Source: Neoechinorhynchus agilis (taxonomy: Eukaryota > Animalia > Acanthocephala). Taken from it: a DNA stretch of 64,000 nt. The notes under the pieces were generated by a model. That model made no database searches. It had not been told where the DNA came from and saw only the letters and a program-made list of their open reading frames with translations. Made by a program: the position numbers and the translations under genes. The stretch spans positions 992,001 through 1,056,000 of the forward strand of contig CM121341.1 of assembly GCA_051530055.1 (NCBI GenBank). Reading direction: 5' to 3'. Below, one piece after another: positions 21,361 to 35,049 of the stretch. The number at the start of each line of letters is the position of its first letter. Position 1 is the stretch's first letter.

Positions 21361-23169
21361 GATGATTGCGACGTGAGTAACGAGAGTACGTTTACGAAGA
21401 TGTGTCGGCAAGGTCACCACCCAGTAAACCATGCTGTTTATTTAAACCAAACCAAGCTTGTCCTTTAGGTAAACAGAAAAGAAGATGCAGGATACACGAC
21501 GACCCAGTGGAAACTAAGCCAGGATTACAGCTAAGACGCCTTGAACACGGAAATCTTCCCGTTTGGGGGGAGGTTGCCCCACGCACACACACACATTAAG
21601 CAATCCAAAATATGCGAATTTTTAAGCTATATGTTTTTCTAATAGATTAGTCTACTGAAATCCGAGAACTGCATTTTTAAGCCAAACAGGTGAGAATCAC
21701 AGCTTTTGAGATAACTTCTACGAAATAATTGTGAGAGATTTTGGGCCTGAGCAAGTGGAAACCTTTAACTTTTCGGGCGTATCAGATTCTCGTTTTGAAG
21801 CGAAACCATTGAAGAATACCCGTATCGATAAGGAACCTTTTCACACTCATTATTTTGCCGTTTTCAAGAAAAAATATGGACTTTGGAATGCTTTAGTGCA
21901 CTTTTTATTTCTTTTAGTTAGCAGAAAAATTTAAAAACGTTAGATTTTCTGCACATGAGTCGAGATATCATCTTTCGAAATATTTTTAATAACAATAAAA
22001 ACCTTTAATCTGGGGATTATGCTCATTACCACCATTCAATATTTACCATTCCTAAAGATTTCCTTGATATGATAAATGAAAATTGTAAAGTTTTTGCATT
22101 AGCGATCTTCCACGACTGGGCTTTGGTTGCGTTAGAAACGTATTTAAACCACCTTGGAATTTCCTAGAAGACTTAAAAGTCCCTGAACTTCACGCAGATA
22201 TATAAGCCCCTGGTGCCATTTTCTGCATAGCTGTAATTCTTGGCTGCACGTGCCAGTTACACTTCCCACAATCTGGTACAAACGGGGTCACCAAATCAAC
22301 AATTTGGTATGCAGATTCAGGGTAAGTTCGAAAAACAAGTCTTAATTTCTTTAGTCCCGACGAATTGGGCTTGACGTACTGACACTTTTTATGTTGAGGC
22401 AAGAGAAAACTAATTCATGATGGTGAGATAATTGCGTTTGACGCAGCCGGTGGCAAAATTCCGTATCAAGTGGATAATGGGGAAAGGGGAAGAGAACATT
22501 GAATACATCTTAGACTCTTCGAATGTAGACGTCCTAATTAAATGACAGTTTTAACTTATGCTCAAGCATCTGTCTCTAAGATGGAAACACTAAGCAATGT
22601 TTACGAATTCGGAGGACCTTGAAAAATCACATCCTAATTTCGGACAACAAAAAACGAGTTTTAATAGAAAGTGGAAAACCCGAAGAAGGCGTTTTGGATT
22701 GCCTATTCCAATGCTTTTATCGTCGTGGAGGACGAGTAGCGCAATAATGCGCTGTTATGGATGCTTGACGGCTTTGATAGCAATGGTAAAAGATCTTTCG
22801 AGCAACGGATTACACCCTCGGGTGACAAATATACATTAAGGAGGACGCTGACGATAAAATCGTTGAACACTATAAAAATATTTACTCGGACTTTTCTATG
22901 TAATGGTGGGAAACCAGTCCACTTGCCCGAGTTGTAGGATGGTTGGCATAATTGTCGGGAGAAAATAAGAATAAACAAAGTATTAGACGCCCTTGTCTTT
23001 CCTAGAATAACGATATCTAAGGTGCACCTCTTTAGCCATCGTTATTAATCACTCCTAACCCACGACGTTTCCCAAATTTCTCATTCTGGGCGCTTTAAGG
23101 AGTTTGCGTAATAAAAAGCACTTTGTTCCTCAGAGAGTTGTGCACTTAGAAAGTAGACTCCAACAACAA

Positions 23170-24350
23170 GATGAGGAGGAATGATGCCATTAACAGCGTC
23201 TAATTTTTGATTTCAATGAATTTCATTAAACAAGAGTTCGATCATTTTTCCTTACAAAACTTTTGGGTAAAGCAATTTTTAAAGGTCTCGCTTTATTATA
23301 CGACGCTCATTTTACAAAACTTTTGGGCAAAGCAATTTTTTAAAGGTCTCGCTTTATGATACGACGCTCATTTTACAGAAAGTTGCACTCTTATAAAAAT
23401 TTCGGCGTGTTATTTTTATAAAACAAAAACCAACAGCCTTGTAGGTAACAAAATGAGGATGCACCATCTAATTTGTAATTTCAATGAATTTCATTAAACA
23501 AGAGTTCGATCATTTTTCCTTACAAAACTTTTGGCAAAGCAATTTTTAAAGGTCTCGCTTTATTATACGACGCTCATTTTACAGAAAGTTGCACTCTTAT
23601 AAAAATGTTTGAGTGTTATTTTTATAAAGCAAAAACAAACAGCCTCGTAGGTAACAAAATGAGGATGTCATTAGCACCGTCCAATTTTTGACTTCAATGA
23701 ATTTCATTAAACAAGAGATCGATTATTTTGTTTACAAAACCCTTGGGTAAAAGAAATTTAAAAAGTTGTACTCATATAAAAATGTTGGCGTGTTATTTTT
23801 ACAAAACAAAAACCAACAGCCTTTAAGGTAACAAAATGAGGATGCCATTAGCACCGTCTAATTTTTGATTTCAATGAATTTCATTAAACAAGAGTTCGAT
23901 CATTTTCTTTGTAAAACCCTTGGGTAAAAGAAATTTAAAAAGTTGCACTCATATAAAAATGTTTGAGTGTTATTTTTATAAAACAAAAACCAACAGCCTC
24001 GTAGGTAACAAAATGAGGATGCAGCGTCTAATTTGTAATTTTAATGAATTTCATTAAACAAGAGTTCGATCATTTTTCCTTACAAAACTTTTGGGCAAAG
24101 CAATTTTTAAAGGTCTCGCTTTATTATACGACGCTCATTTTACAGAAAGTTGCACTCTTATAAAAATGTTTGAGTGTTATTTTTATAAAGCAAAAACAAA
24201 CAGCCTCGTAGGTAACAAAATGAGGATGTCATTAGCACCGTCCAATTTTTGACTTCAATGAATTTCATTAAACAAGAGATCGATTATTTTGTTTACAAAA
24301 CCCTTGGGTAAAAGAAATTTTTAAAGGTATCGTTTAGTTATACGACGCTT
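23170..24350. repeat. Local satellite, about 6 units of roughly 175-270 bp with higher-order duplication
   Basis: AGGTAACAAAATGAGGATG recurs with its GT at 23445, 23651, 23828, 24005 and 24212; AATGAATTTCATTAAACAAGAG occurs six times. Confidence 0.95.
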
Positions 24351-27300
24351 TAAGGAAAGTTACATTCATGTATATTAGTTGGCGAGTTATTTTACAAAAA
24401 AAGGATGAATATATTGAAAAAACGTAAGAGACTTGTAGCTCCTCGACGATTAGAGATGATTTTTCTCTGTCAATTTTCTTGTTCTCTTGCATAATCATGC
24501 ATGCGCGGCACTCTGCTCCTTTCGCCATTTTGGTGCCTATGGGCGCATATGTTCTGTTGTTCCGAAGATGAGAATCAAGACGGTATCTCTCTCTTAACAC
24601 TGGTCATTTGATCAGACTACAATTTCCCCCTTTTCTAAATGGATCTCTAAAACCTTCGGGACCATCACATGCCACCGAAACCGTGTTATTTTTCTGGTTT
24701 TTTTATACGCACAAAAATGCGTGGCAGCAGCATCAGCGGCGGCGGTGGTAACCGTGGCACCTTCATACGATTCTTTTTCCCGCTGGAATGATAAGAAAAA
24801 ACAAATAAAATTGATTGCAACGTTTGTGTGTGTGTGAAAGACGTTGCCGTAATAGTCAAGGGATTTATCAAAGATGCTTGTGAGAAAAGACGAACTTTAG
24901 CGAATAGAAGTATTACCCTGTCTCAGATAGTGGATCTACATTGATTAACAAATCTTCATAAGCTGGCAATCCTCTATTTGCTATAAACAGAACGACAAAA
25001 TTCTCAGAATTTTTGTATTATTTAATATTTCGAAAAAAAAACACCTAATAAAGAGTGTTTCAAACTTTATAGTCTTTAAAATCTTCAACTGTGAATAGCC
25101 TTGAAATATAGATTGTTTTTTGTAGAACGTAGAAACATTTTTGTAGGCAAAGTCGAAACTCTTTAATCCTATTGGTTAATTCTTTTTCAAAATAAAAAGG
25201 GATCTTCTCATTTTCGATGTTATTTTTTCGCACATTTTTTCTCAAACGAATGTTCATTCATAAAAATTGGTATAGATGCGTAGATAAAAGGCACTTGGCA
25301 TAAAAACGTATAAATCGTTGGAAGTTCAGCGGAAAACACTCACCTCTTCCAATGAGTCGGATCGCTTCTTCTTTGAAGTCCTTTGGTTCCAGAACCGCTT
25401 GCACACACTGTAAGCGACGCTGGTCATCTATGAGTTAGTAAAGGGCGCTTTTTGTTGTAAGAATTGCGACGACATTTTTGGGAGTGAGATTCTAAGAGTT
25501 TTAAACGAAGTAAACGCGCAATGAAGATCGATTTTTCAGAAGAAGGTCCCTTGTATAAGTTGTGTTTCTTGTGCAAGGAGTGCAACAATGGTTCTGCTAA
25601 CACATACACGATCTCTGTTGTTGTATGGAGGTGGAACTATAAGCAACTACGATTAATCAGCTGTCCGGTGTACAGCAAACGCGAGGGAACGCAGATTAGC
25701 CGCACGTTTTGGGATAAATATCAGCGAAGGAGGCAGACTTGGGAGAGACCGCAATGGCTCTAATGAACATTAAGCATCTTGACTGACACTTTGTGTTTCC
25801 CGAAGCTATTCCCAAGACTTGTCAGAAAACAACATCATAAAAAAGACTAATGTGTTTTCATAATAAAAGTATCAAATGCAGTGGATGAACGCCATAAAGT
25901 TCAAAATGGCACGGATCATTGCTTTCAAAAAAGCCTTCAATGCTTTGCCCTTCATGTTCTGGATGTGGAATTGCCGTCTGACCCAAATGTTTGCAGACCA
26001 TGATGTGGCTGTCACCCTGGTCTGAGAAGACTAGACGGACATTTACAGCCGGGTGATTGTCCAGGTGTCGACAGTGCCGTCATCAAAGTTCCGCTATTCC
26101 CAGGTAAATTATAAATTCTTACTGGCGTCCAGAGCTCAGGGAAAGTCGACGGGCGAAGGCAAGTGCGGCTAAACACGATGATATTGGCCAGAATGGGCCT
26201 TAGTTACTGAAGTGATCGCTTTTGCACTTACCGTCGGATTTTATGGGATTTTGCCAAAAAAGGAAATCTAGACAACTCACCGAAATAACCTTGCACAATG
26301 AAATTGGAGCAATCTAAAACATACTGGAAAAATAGAGTTGGAAAACATTTCAATTTTCATCGATTAAACAAACCGTTAGAAAAATAAATTTCAAGCATAT
26401 TTGCCATGTCATTTCCAAAGGTGTCCACAAAAAGGGTTAATGTTTCAACTGGTCGTTTTTGTGTGTGCGTATAAAACACCAAACATTCTGAGAATCATTG
26501 AAGAAAACCGAATTATTTTGAAGCAATTTTTTCTCCAATAACTATTTCACCTTATTTGCATCCAAAGTGCTCGGACATCTATATTGTAAGGTGCTATACG
26601 AACAACAATAATAAAAAATTGATGAAGCAGAATTTAATGAGGCGGCGGCGTGAGAACTTAGAATGTCCCTGATTCCACAGCAAAGTACTATCATTAAGGT
26701 AATAACCGAAATGGCTTTCGTAGTGTTTATTGTTGAGCGAATGCACATTAGAACTACAAGCTATGCTGAGAAGTGGTTTCGTAATCCGTATTTAATTAAA
26801 ACAGAGAAACATTTGAAATTGTCGTAGCAGAGATTGAAAACTGAGATAAATTAGACAAACACACACACCGATGAGTAATTTCAATAGAATCTAGAAGCTT
26901 CTCTCAAGTTGAAATGGCAGATGCAGTGAAGAAGTGGGCGGCGGTCTATAAATGAAATTACAATAATTTTCAAATCTAAAGGAAATAAAGCGAGGAAAAT
27001 CCTCAAAGCAAATTTCTGATGATTTCTTTTATTAAAAACATTATAGTTTTGTCCTTGTGCACGTTTTATGAGGAAAATAGATATTAAAATATCAAAAGAG
27101 AAAATGGCAATTCAAGAAACCGGCAAAACATTAAAAATCGGAGACTGTGGATTTAAGAAACTTATCTCGAGTAGATCACAGTATTGTTGACATGTTCGTC
27201 CAAACGCGTGCGCGGCGAAAGGTAAGGGAGGATTATTTCTCACTAGAAATTGAGATTTATGTTTGGCGCAAATTTAAGACGTCAGAAGCAAAAAATTTAA

Positions 27301-28199
27301 TACATTCCAATTCCTCTTATTAAGATCTCAATTAATACATTTAACTGTCTTGTCTTTTACATTAAGTATCAACATTCATCAGGTTCTTAAACCAAAAATG
27401 AAATCATACATAGAAAAATGATTTACCGCGCATTTAGTTGCGAAGCACTGTCAGGTTAATGAACCATGCTGAAAACTGGGAGGGGCTTTAATTCGATTTT
27501 TCGGACAACCAAATAACTCTATCATAAATTACTCATAACAGAATCATTGACGATATTGGGAATAGAATTTGATTTGCTGATTTTTTAAAAACAATTGGTA
27601 CATCTGATGAATTGGAGAAATTTTCACTTAACATACAAATGATGAAAATGTTTTTTTTCAGCGGAGAACCAATAGAAAAATATTTCGTCTCATTTTACAT
27701 CGTTCGATATCAGCGTATCTCGTAATTTTTATAGCCTGTAGATAATTAGGACTTGCATAATGACTTGAGATACGCTAATTGTCAGATTTTGATAAGTACG
27801 CATTACATTTTGGTAAAGACGTTCAAGAAAAAGAGGTAAAAGGGTGAAATTGTTATTTTCGATTGAAGGCTTATAGAAATTCTGAAATTACACTTTAATA
27901 CCTTGATTTGTGCATTGCTCGGGGAGGTTGCAATGTCCGAAGAATCAGGTTAGAAGCCATTAGACGTGTAATAATCCTTTGTGCACCATTTCGTCTCCAC
28001 TAGATCATTAGTAGGTGTTGTTGATGAAGCAAATGAAGGCCGCCAGCGTGTTTGGATAAACCTATTGCTAACAAGAGAAAAAATATCACATGAAAAAGAT
28101 ATTTCTTAGACCGTGAGACAAAAAAGGGATTTTATACCCTCTGCTCTTAATCTCAAAGCCTTGTGAGGCACCATGTGTTGTCCCGAATTTTCCTCAGAG

Positions 28200-30700
28200 T
28201 TTTGTCAGGAAACAAACACATTTTTGTCTAAAATTTTAGAAGGTTACGAGAACAATCACACTCAGTCATTATCGGTCTTTTTAAGACATCTGAAGAATGG
28301 TGATCGCCGTCCATGACGTGCAACCTGTTGCTGGATGAACCATATCGGTTTCCCAACGCATAAATATTCATCTTCCTCACTACTACCGTCTTTCAGAAGG
28401 TCAACTGAAGGATCAAACATGCGATAGACTTGTTTGGCTGGAAATGCCATTCGTGGAAAGCGGAGCATACCTACGTAAATACGAGATTCTAAATCGTAAG
28501 GCAAGTAAACGACCTAACCCAATCTCTCTTGACCGCCATCATCAACGATATCAATAAAGAGCACATTGGCCCCATTGAACACAATGACTGAAATCCAAAT
28601 GCATATGATAAGCGATTTCATTTCTCAAGTTGGCAGGCTGAGGCTGCCTTTTCCTTATATATTAACAAAAATCGGTATGACTACTCACACTCAATTCTGA
28701 CTTTCAAGTGTGCCTAAGACCCTTCAAGACAACTTTTAAGGGGCCAATTTGGATAATGAGTGCTTTGCTCCTAGTCGTTTTCTCCCGTCAATTCCATAAT
28801 AGAAATAGAAAGCTATCTGTTTCCTAAAACGTGGTTGCAATTGATTGCAATTTCATTGTCAGTAACGCTCCAAAACCAGAATCAAGTCGACACTTCGAGT
28901 GGATGTGGCGTTTCAGCTAATCTAAATGCAAGTTCTGTTGAATTGCGATCATAAGAGGGTACAAGTTTTTTAACTTTAATTATTTCAATTCGAAAAATTA
29001 CTCGGTTCATCCCATTGAATACCGTTCTTTACGTGAAACTGTCAGATGATTTTTAGAAAATTGGTTTGCCTTACACTTTTAATTCCGGATTTTTATTCTA
29101 GTTATTCTTTGAAATCAGGTAAGAAATCTAGTTTTTATTTCTTTAAGAGCTTTTTTCGTAATTGATAATAGGATAGTGGTCCATGATATTGATAGGCCAA
29201 TCGTAAGAATGATTGCGGCTTTCTTCTCAAATTACGAAATTGCAATAGTGTTTAGATTTTTCAAGTGTAATAAACACAATACAGGACCAACGTAGTAGGA
29301 AACCTAAAAATATAAATAATAATACTGTGCACTATGGACAAACCAAAATAAGGACACAATCATACGAAAAAGCATAGCGGAGATTGATCATTAGAGTCTT
29401 TAGAGACGTTTAAGTGTAAAACGAGTGCGAAACGTAAACTGACTGCAAAAGTGATGGTGCATACATTCTATCAAGGACCCGTTTAATAAATTGTTTCTAT
29501 TGTCACAAAATGACAAAATCTTTAAAAGTATTCATATCAGAAAGCTGCCGTTTCTCAAACACTTATATACTCGCCTTGATTTTTATTAGAGTCATGAATA
29601 TTCGCTCATAAGGTACAATTATAGGTCAAAAGGAAAAATATGGTTGGAGGCTTTCAGATTTACGGGTAAACGGACTACAGGTGCCATTTGTTCTAATGAA
29701 AATCTATCCAGTGCATCCACGTCCATCAAAATAGGATTCGCGTTCGATTTTGATAATGAAGATTTCGTCTAAAGGTTACCACAAGTCCATTTTTTTAAGT
29801 GTTTAAACAAAGAGTTGCAAATGTTCTGTAATATTCATCCGAAAAGAAAGTTGGAGTTAAAAAAGGCAAAATAAAAAATAATTAGTGATCTAAAAAGATA
29901 CGATGTTGGTCGATCTTGGCCTAAGACTTTCGATCTTCCAATGCCTTTCCCTATAAATAAAAATTTGCGATTTAGGACACTCAATTGGGGGTTGCAACCT
30001 TGAAAATCAGATGATACCCGCCAAATGAAAATGCCATTTAGAATGTTCAAATGTGCGACTGTTTCATGTGCTTGATCCCCAAAGTTCACCTACAAACCTT
30101 CTGTACTTTTGGAGAGCCGCACATTGCAGTTAGAAAAATTAAGTGTTCGGAATCCGAGGAATGCCGCGCAACTTGTTCGCGACCGGAAAATCAAGGATTT
30201 ACTATGTTGTAATATCATACATCAATGTAAAGATTTGCTCGAAGATTGGAATCTAATGGTAAGGGTATCAACCTTTTGTGTGCATGATGGAATGTCTCGC
30301 CACTTGTCTATAATTTCCTTAATATTTATACCAGCTTAATTCGCATTGAACGGATTCTGTTGGCAATTAAAGAGTAGCTTATTATCAAACCTAGACAGTG
30401 TTCGTCAAGCCCCATTTCTTTTTCCATTTCTCGGTCTGATGACTTAAAATCCTACAGTGCTCTGCATTCCATATTCGAGAACGGGATCAAGCTTTAAAAT
30501 GTCGGCGATCCATGAAGACTGCATTAAAAAGTGAAATTTAGTTGAATTTCACTTTATGTGCGCCTATCGTCTCATTCATGCTGCTCTCGTCCGGCTGTCT
30601 CTTCCATAAAAGGTTATCAAATAGACAACTGAGTGTTGAAATTTTGCATCGAAAAGCGACTCGCATAATTGTTACGAAGCTTTATGGATCCTTTTAGCAC
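28200..30700 (-). mobile_element. Possible highly decayed LINE
   Basis: Weak, correctly ordered motifs AVFMD (about 30500), ETVAHLNILNGIFI..LFRSLI (about 29850-30080) and PAKQVYRM (about 28430). Low similarity. Confidence 0.3.
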
Positions 30701-32480
30701 CAGATAAGCTATTAAAAATGAACAACAAGCAATGGAAACATGATTTCTTTTAAGACGTCGACAGTGGAGACTTTTAACGAGTTTTATTTGAAAGGAAGGA
30801 TGCTACTCGGCTCGCGAATTCAATAGCTGTGTCTTGAAAATCGAAAGAGTAACTTAATTTGGTGCTTGTAAATGTTTTGACAATCATTCACTCCACGACT
30901 CTGGATCACTTAGCTGCCATCCTGGTGTAATGGTTTGTCGTTTTTCTAAATTATTTTTTATTTCATCTATCGCACATATATTTGTTTATTCTTCAATTCA
31001 TATCACACTATTGAGTGGTCTTTTAATCCGTTATAAGTCTAAGATATATATTAGGTACAACTTAAAGGAAAGAAGATGAATCCGAGTAGACTTCAATTAT
31101 TCCCCACCATTCATTTCCTTTCCAAATGAAAACTAACTTCTGATAATTACATTGATCGAAAGTTCCGACTTAGTTATTTCATAATACTTAGTAAAATATT
31201 AATCCTTTTATTCATAGATTTCAGATTTGACCTCTCAAGATCTCATTGACTTGGCTTTTGCGTCAAGTAAAATTAGGATAGACTAAAAGGAGTTCGTGGT
31301 TATATAAAATTAGTTCGGTTAATCGAAGAGAAAGAGAGTAAAACCAAACCTTGGATAAGATGCGGTTAATGGAATTGACATTCCCATGGATGTCCTAGCG
31401 AAAAACAATGCAAGCGTGCCATAAAAGTGAGCAATATTCTATTTATAATATTTTCCTTTAAGTCAAAACAAATTGATCGCTTAAGAATGTTATTTAATTT
31501 ACGGAGTACTCCACTAAGGGAATTATTATCAAAATTTGGATGATTGGCTGGTGGAAAGTCAACTCCTAAAATACGATTATGAATTTTTTGAATAAAAAAG
31601 CAGAAAATCTATTATGAGATAATAAGTCATTTCCTAAAAAGGAACGAAGGAGATAAGACTTAGTTAGGGATAAAATCATTGTTTTCTTTGGATTAATAAC
31701 TAAATTCGGATCTTTTAAACCACATTCTAGTATTGATAGAAGGCCCAGCTAAATGCTTTATTTAGGTCTAAGAGAACTAAAAAATTATTTACACGTGAGC
31801 GAGGATGGCTTTACGTCCAGAAATAAATCCATTAAAATATAAGAAAATTATTTTTTTGTAGATTTTATAAACCTTTCAAAGCACAAGATAATTGGGTCTT
31901 TTTTAGCAATATTCATTTAGATTGAATCATGAATACTAATTTTAACATAAAATTTTCTCGATATCGACTAAGTTACCGGCTGGCCAATCTTCATATAAAA
32001 TTTTCTAAAAAATAATATCTTATTCTAGTTGATGACAAGAGAGAAGATGGTCTTGGAGAAAATAAAAAAGTTTATTAACTTGGATGAATTGGATTTCCAT
32101 GTCTTGACTGCTTTGTATCTATGAGAAATGCAACAATCACTTTTTATCCTTTTTAATTGAATCACCATATAACGTGGAATTAAAGCAAAACATATGCAAA
32201 TTGCTATTCTCTTTTAAATTAGCATTAATTGATTTTTTATATTTGCTTCATTATGTGCCAATTAACGTTTAAAAGCAGTTTTAAATAGGGAGATATTAAA
32301 TTCTGCGCTGATGTTAAACTCATTGACGGATTTTTCATTGGGAAATTTCGTGAATTGGTTATGTGACTCAAAGTAAAGAAATCCCAGACGACAGAGCTAA
32401 TGAATGGTTTAAACCAGGTCCTTGGTAAAATAATAAATCTGTTGCAGAGCTGAAACAATTTTTGATGTGAAGGGAAAGAT

Positions 32481-32660
32481 AGGATCTCTCGAAGAAATTG
32501 AGAGAGGCAACCGGAGACTCAAGAGCAGGCTTATTTCTTCGACAAAATATCTCGCTGGCAGTACAACGGGGCAATGCTGCCAGCGTGATGGCGACGGTCG
32601 AGGAAGGACAAAAGCTTTAATTTGGTGGGAGGTGGTGAATGTAAAGAAAAGTAACCAAAT
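32481..32660 (+). mobile_element. CRE-like 3' end fragment
   Basis: QDLSKKLREATGDSRAGLFLRQNISLAVQRGNAASVMATVEEGQKL*FGGRW*. Confidence 0.85.
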
Positions 32661-33979
32661 AGAAAACAATACTGCCTAAAAAAATCTTCGTAAGGGAAAA
32701 AAAATTTACGCCTTCTATTACAAGTTGGTGAGAACCTATAAAATAATTTTTTGTAGGGAAAGATTAAGTTCTGGAATCGTTATAAGAATGGAGTTTCGTG
32801 AAAACCTTTGGAATAAGGTAGTCGATCTCCAATGGCTTCTTTTGCGATTTTGAAACTTGATGACTTTTGAATATAAGTGCACTGGAATATTCCAACTCTT
32901 TTTAAGACAAAAACAGACGAAGAAGGAATTTCTACACCCGTCTCATTAACATTTAACCGATATATTTCCAAATTCGTTCCGCGATCGTCGGAAATCCTAA
33001 TTTATTCACACATGTATACTGTTTGTTACATATCGCTTTATTCTTAAGCTGAGTTTGAGTGATCTCTTAACTCCTCAATAATAATACTTTCCTTCATTTT
33101 CCTAAGATTACCTCAAAGAACCAATAAAACATTTCCTTTTATTTTATTATAAAGTTCACCCGCAATTTTATTGTTTTTCTATGAAGTAAAGATTCTCTAA
33201 AAGAGGTGTTATGCGAATATAAAGAAATAAGATACGAGTTGTTTTGGTCCCTTAGGTACTTGGTGCGGGGCTTAAACCTTAGCTAAAAAAATCTATAAAA
33301 TGATGACATGAGTGTCGCGCAGATTTAATTAAATTGACGGAAAATCCTTTGTAATTTATTACTAAATTTATTATGCTATTTTTTGCGCCATATCCACTGT
33401 GTTATACATAGTAGATTCATTAGCGTTTTTTGACAAGGCCAGCACGTTTGACTCCATTAAATTACTACGCATTTAACATTTTGATCCGTGAGTATAAACC
33501 ATTTATAGTTCGGATTTTTTTGCTGCTGTAATTAATTTGCATCTCAATAAGTTAACTGAAAGAGGACATAATCTCTAGAATAAATTTATTATTTTAACAA
33601 TAGGATGCAAGGGGCAATCAATCAATTTTTCTTGATTAAAACCGGTGTCTCGAATCAATTTTTTAGTCGATCATGAACTTTTAGACGTATAAATTCTACG
33701 ATAAATATCAATTCGATGACAATGCGAGAGTACATTTAGGTTTCTTAAAAAACATTGAATTTTGTAAGGCCGGAAAAAGTTTTGAATGGAATAAAGAGGG
33801 CCACAACCTACCTTTATATTTTAAGAAGGGTAACGAAAGTTGATAGGAAACCATAAAGGAGGGAAGTGTGGGAAAGATAGAGATAACGAGAAGGAAATAA
33901 TGCAAATAAGCCCACGTTAGTATTTTAAAATGAATATTTAGATTTTGATGAAAGATGGAAAAGGGGAAATATTTTTGAA

Positions 33980-34720
33980 CGTTAGAAAGCAAGTAGCATA
34001 TCGTTCGTTCATTTTAAGATGAATATTTTCACCTTTGTCCAAGGCGAAAGGGGGAATGTTAAAAAAGTTTGTTTTATTTTTATATTTTACGAGTTTGGAC
34101 TTTAAGTAAAGGTGGAAAACATGTAAAATAACTTTTGTTGATCTTAATTTGAAAATTTTGATCTTTGTCGGAGTAGAGAGGTGGAATGCTCGAAAAGTTT
34201 GTATTATTTTTGTATTTTGCGAATTTGGACTATAATTGAAGGTGGAAAGAGTAGAAAACAAGTAAAATAACTTTTTTGCATTTTAGGATGAATCTTTTTA
34301 CCGTTGACGGAGGCGAAACGGGGAATGCTCAAAAAGTTCGTTTTATTTTTGTATTTTGCGAGTTTGGACTTTAATTGAAGTTGGAAAGAGTGGAAAACAA
34401 GTAAAATAACTTTTTTTGCATTTTAGGTTTAATATTTTGACCTTTGTCCAAGGCGAAAGGGGAAATGCTCCAAAAAGTTTCTTTTATTTTTGCATTTTAC
34501 GGATTTGAAGTTTAATTGAAGGTGGAAAGAGTAGAAAACAAGTAAAAGACCTTTTTTTGCATTTTAGGTTTAATATTTTTACCGTTGACGGAGGCGAAAC
34601 GGGGAAATGCTCCAAAAAGGTTGTTTTATTTTTGCATTTTACGGATTTGAAATTTAATTGAGTGTGGAAAGAGAAAAAACAAGTAAAATAACTTTTGTGC
34701 ATTTTAAGATTAATATTTTG
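33980..34720. repeat. Tandem array of about 140 bp units, 5-6 copies, upstream of DPH7
   Basis: GAAAACAAGTAAAATAAC..GGCGAAA.GGGG.AATGCTC repeated at about 34113, 34254, 34394, 34533 and 34675. Confidence 0.9.
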
Positions 34721-35049
34721 ACTTTTGTTAAGAACTGTATTAGGGAAAGATTTTGCATATTATGGAAAGTTCTTCAAAAAGCAATATTGTCAATTTTTCG
34801 TTCCTTGCTCTTTGACGCACACATAAAGACGTTCTTGCTCCGATCTTTGGTTTATGCAGTCGGCTCAAAAAAGGTGCAGCTACAAAAGCTCGATTCGTTA
34901 GTTGCATTGCGTCTTTTTCGAATTAAATACTTATCGTTTTTAGTATTATTTCTTTTAATGTGTGATTTGAATCGCTCACGTTGGTCGCTGCCTCGAACAT
35001 TACAACGCACTCTTGATAATTCAAAATTATTGCAGATTAATTTTAAGCC

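Noticed and set aside
22405-22480. LIHDGEIIAFDAAGGKIPYQV, similar to ATP-dependent DNA ligase motif III
   Set aside because: No KxDG or other ligase motifs in frame, and surrounded by stops.
23170-24350. CRISPR-like appearance of the tandem arrays (also 34 kb and 50.6 kb)
   Set aside because: Whole units are repeated with no unique spacers, the context is eukaryotic and there are no cas genes.
24400-26250. GC-richer patches with possible small exons or decayed element sequence
   Set aside because: No family motif and multiple stops; cannot be called.
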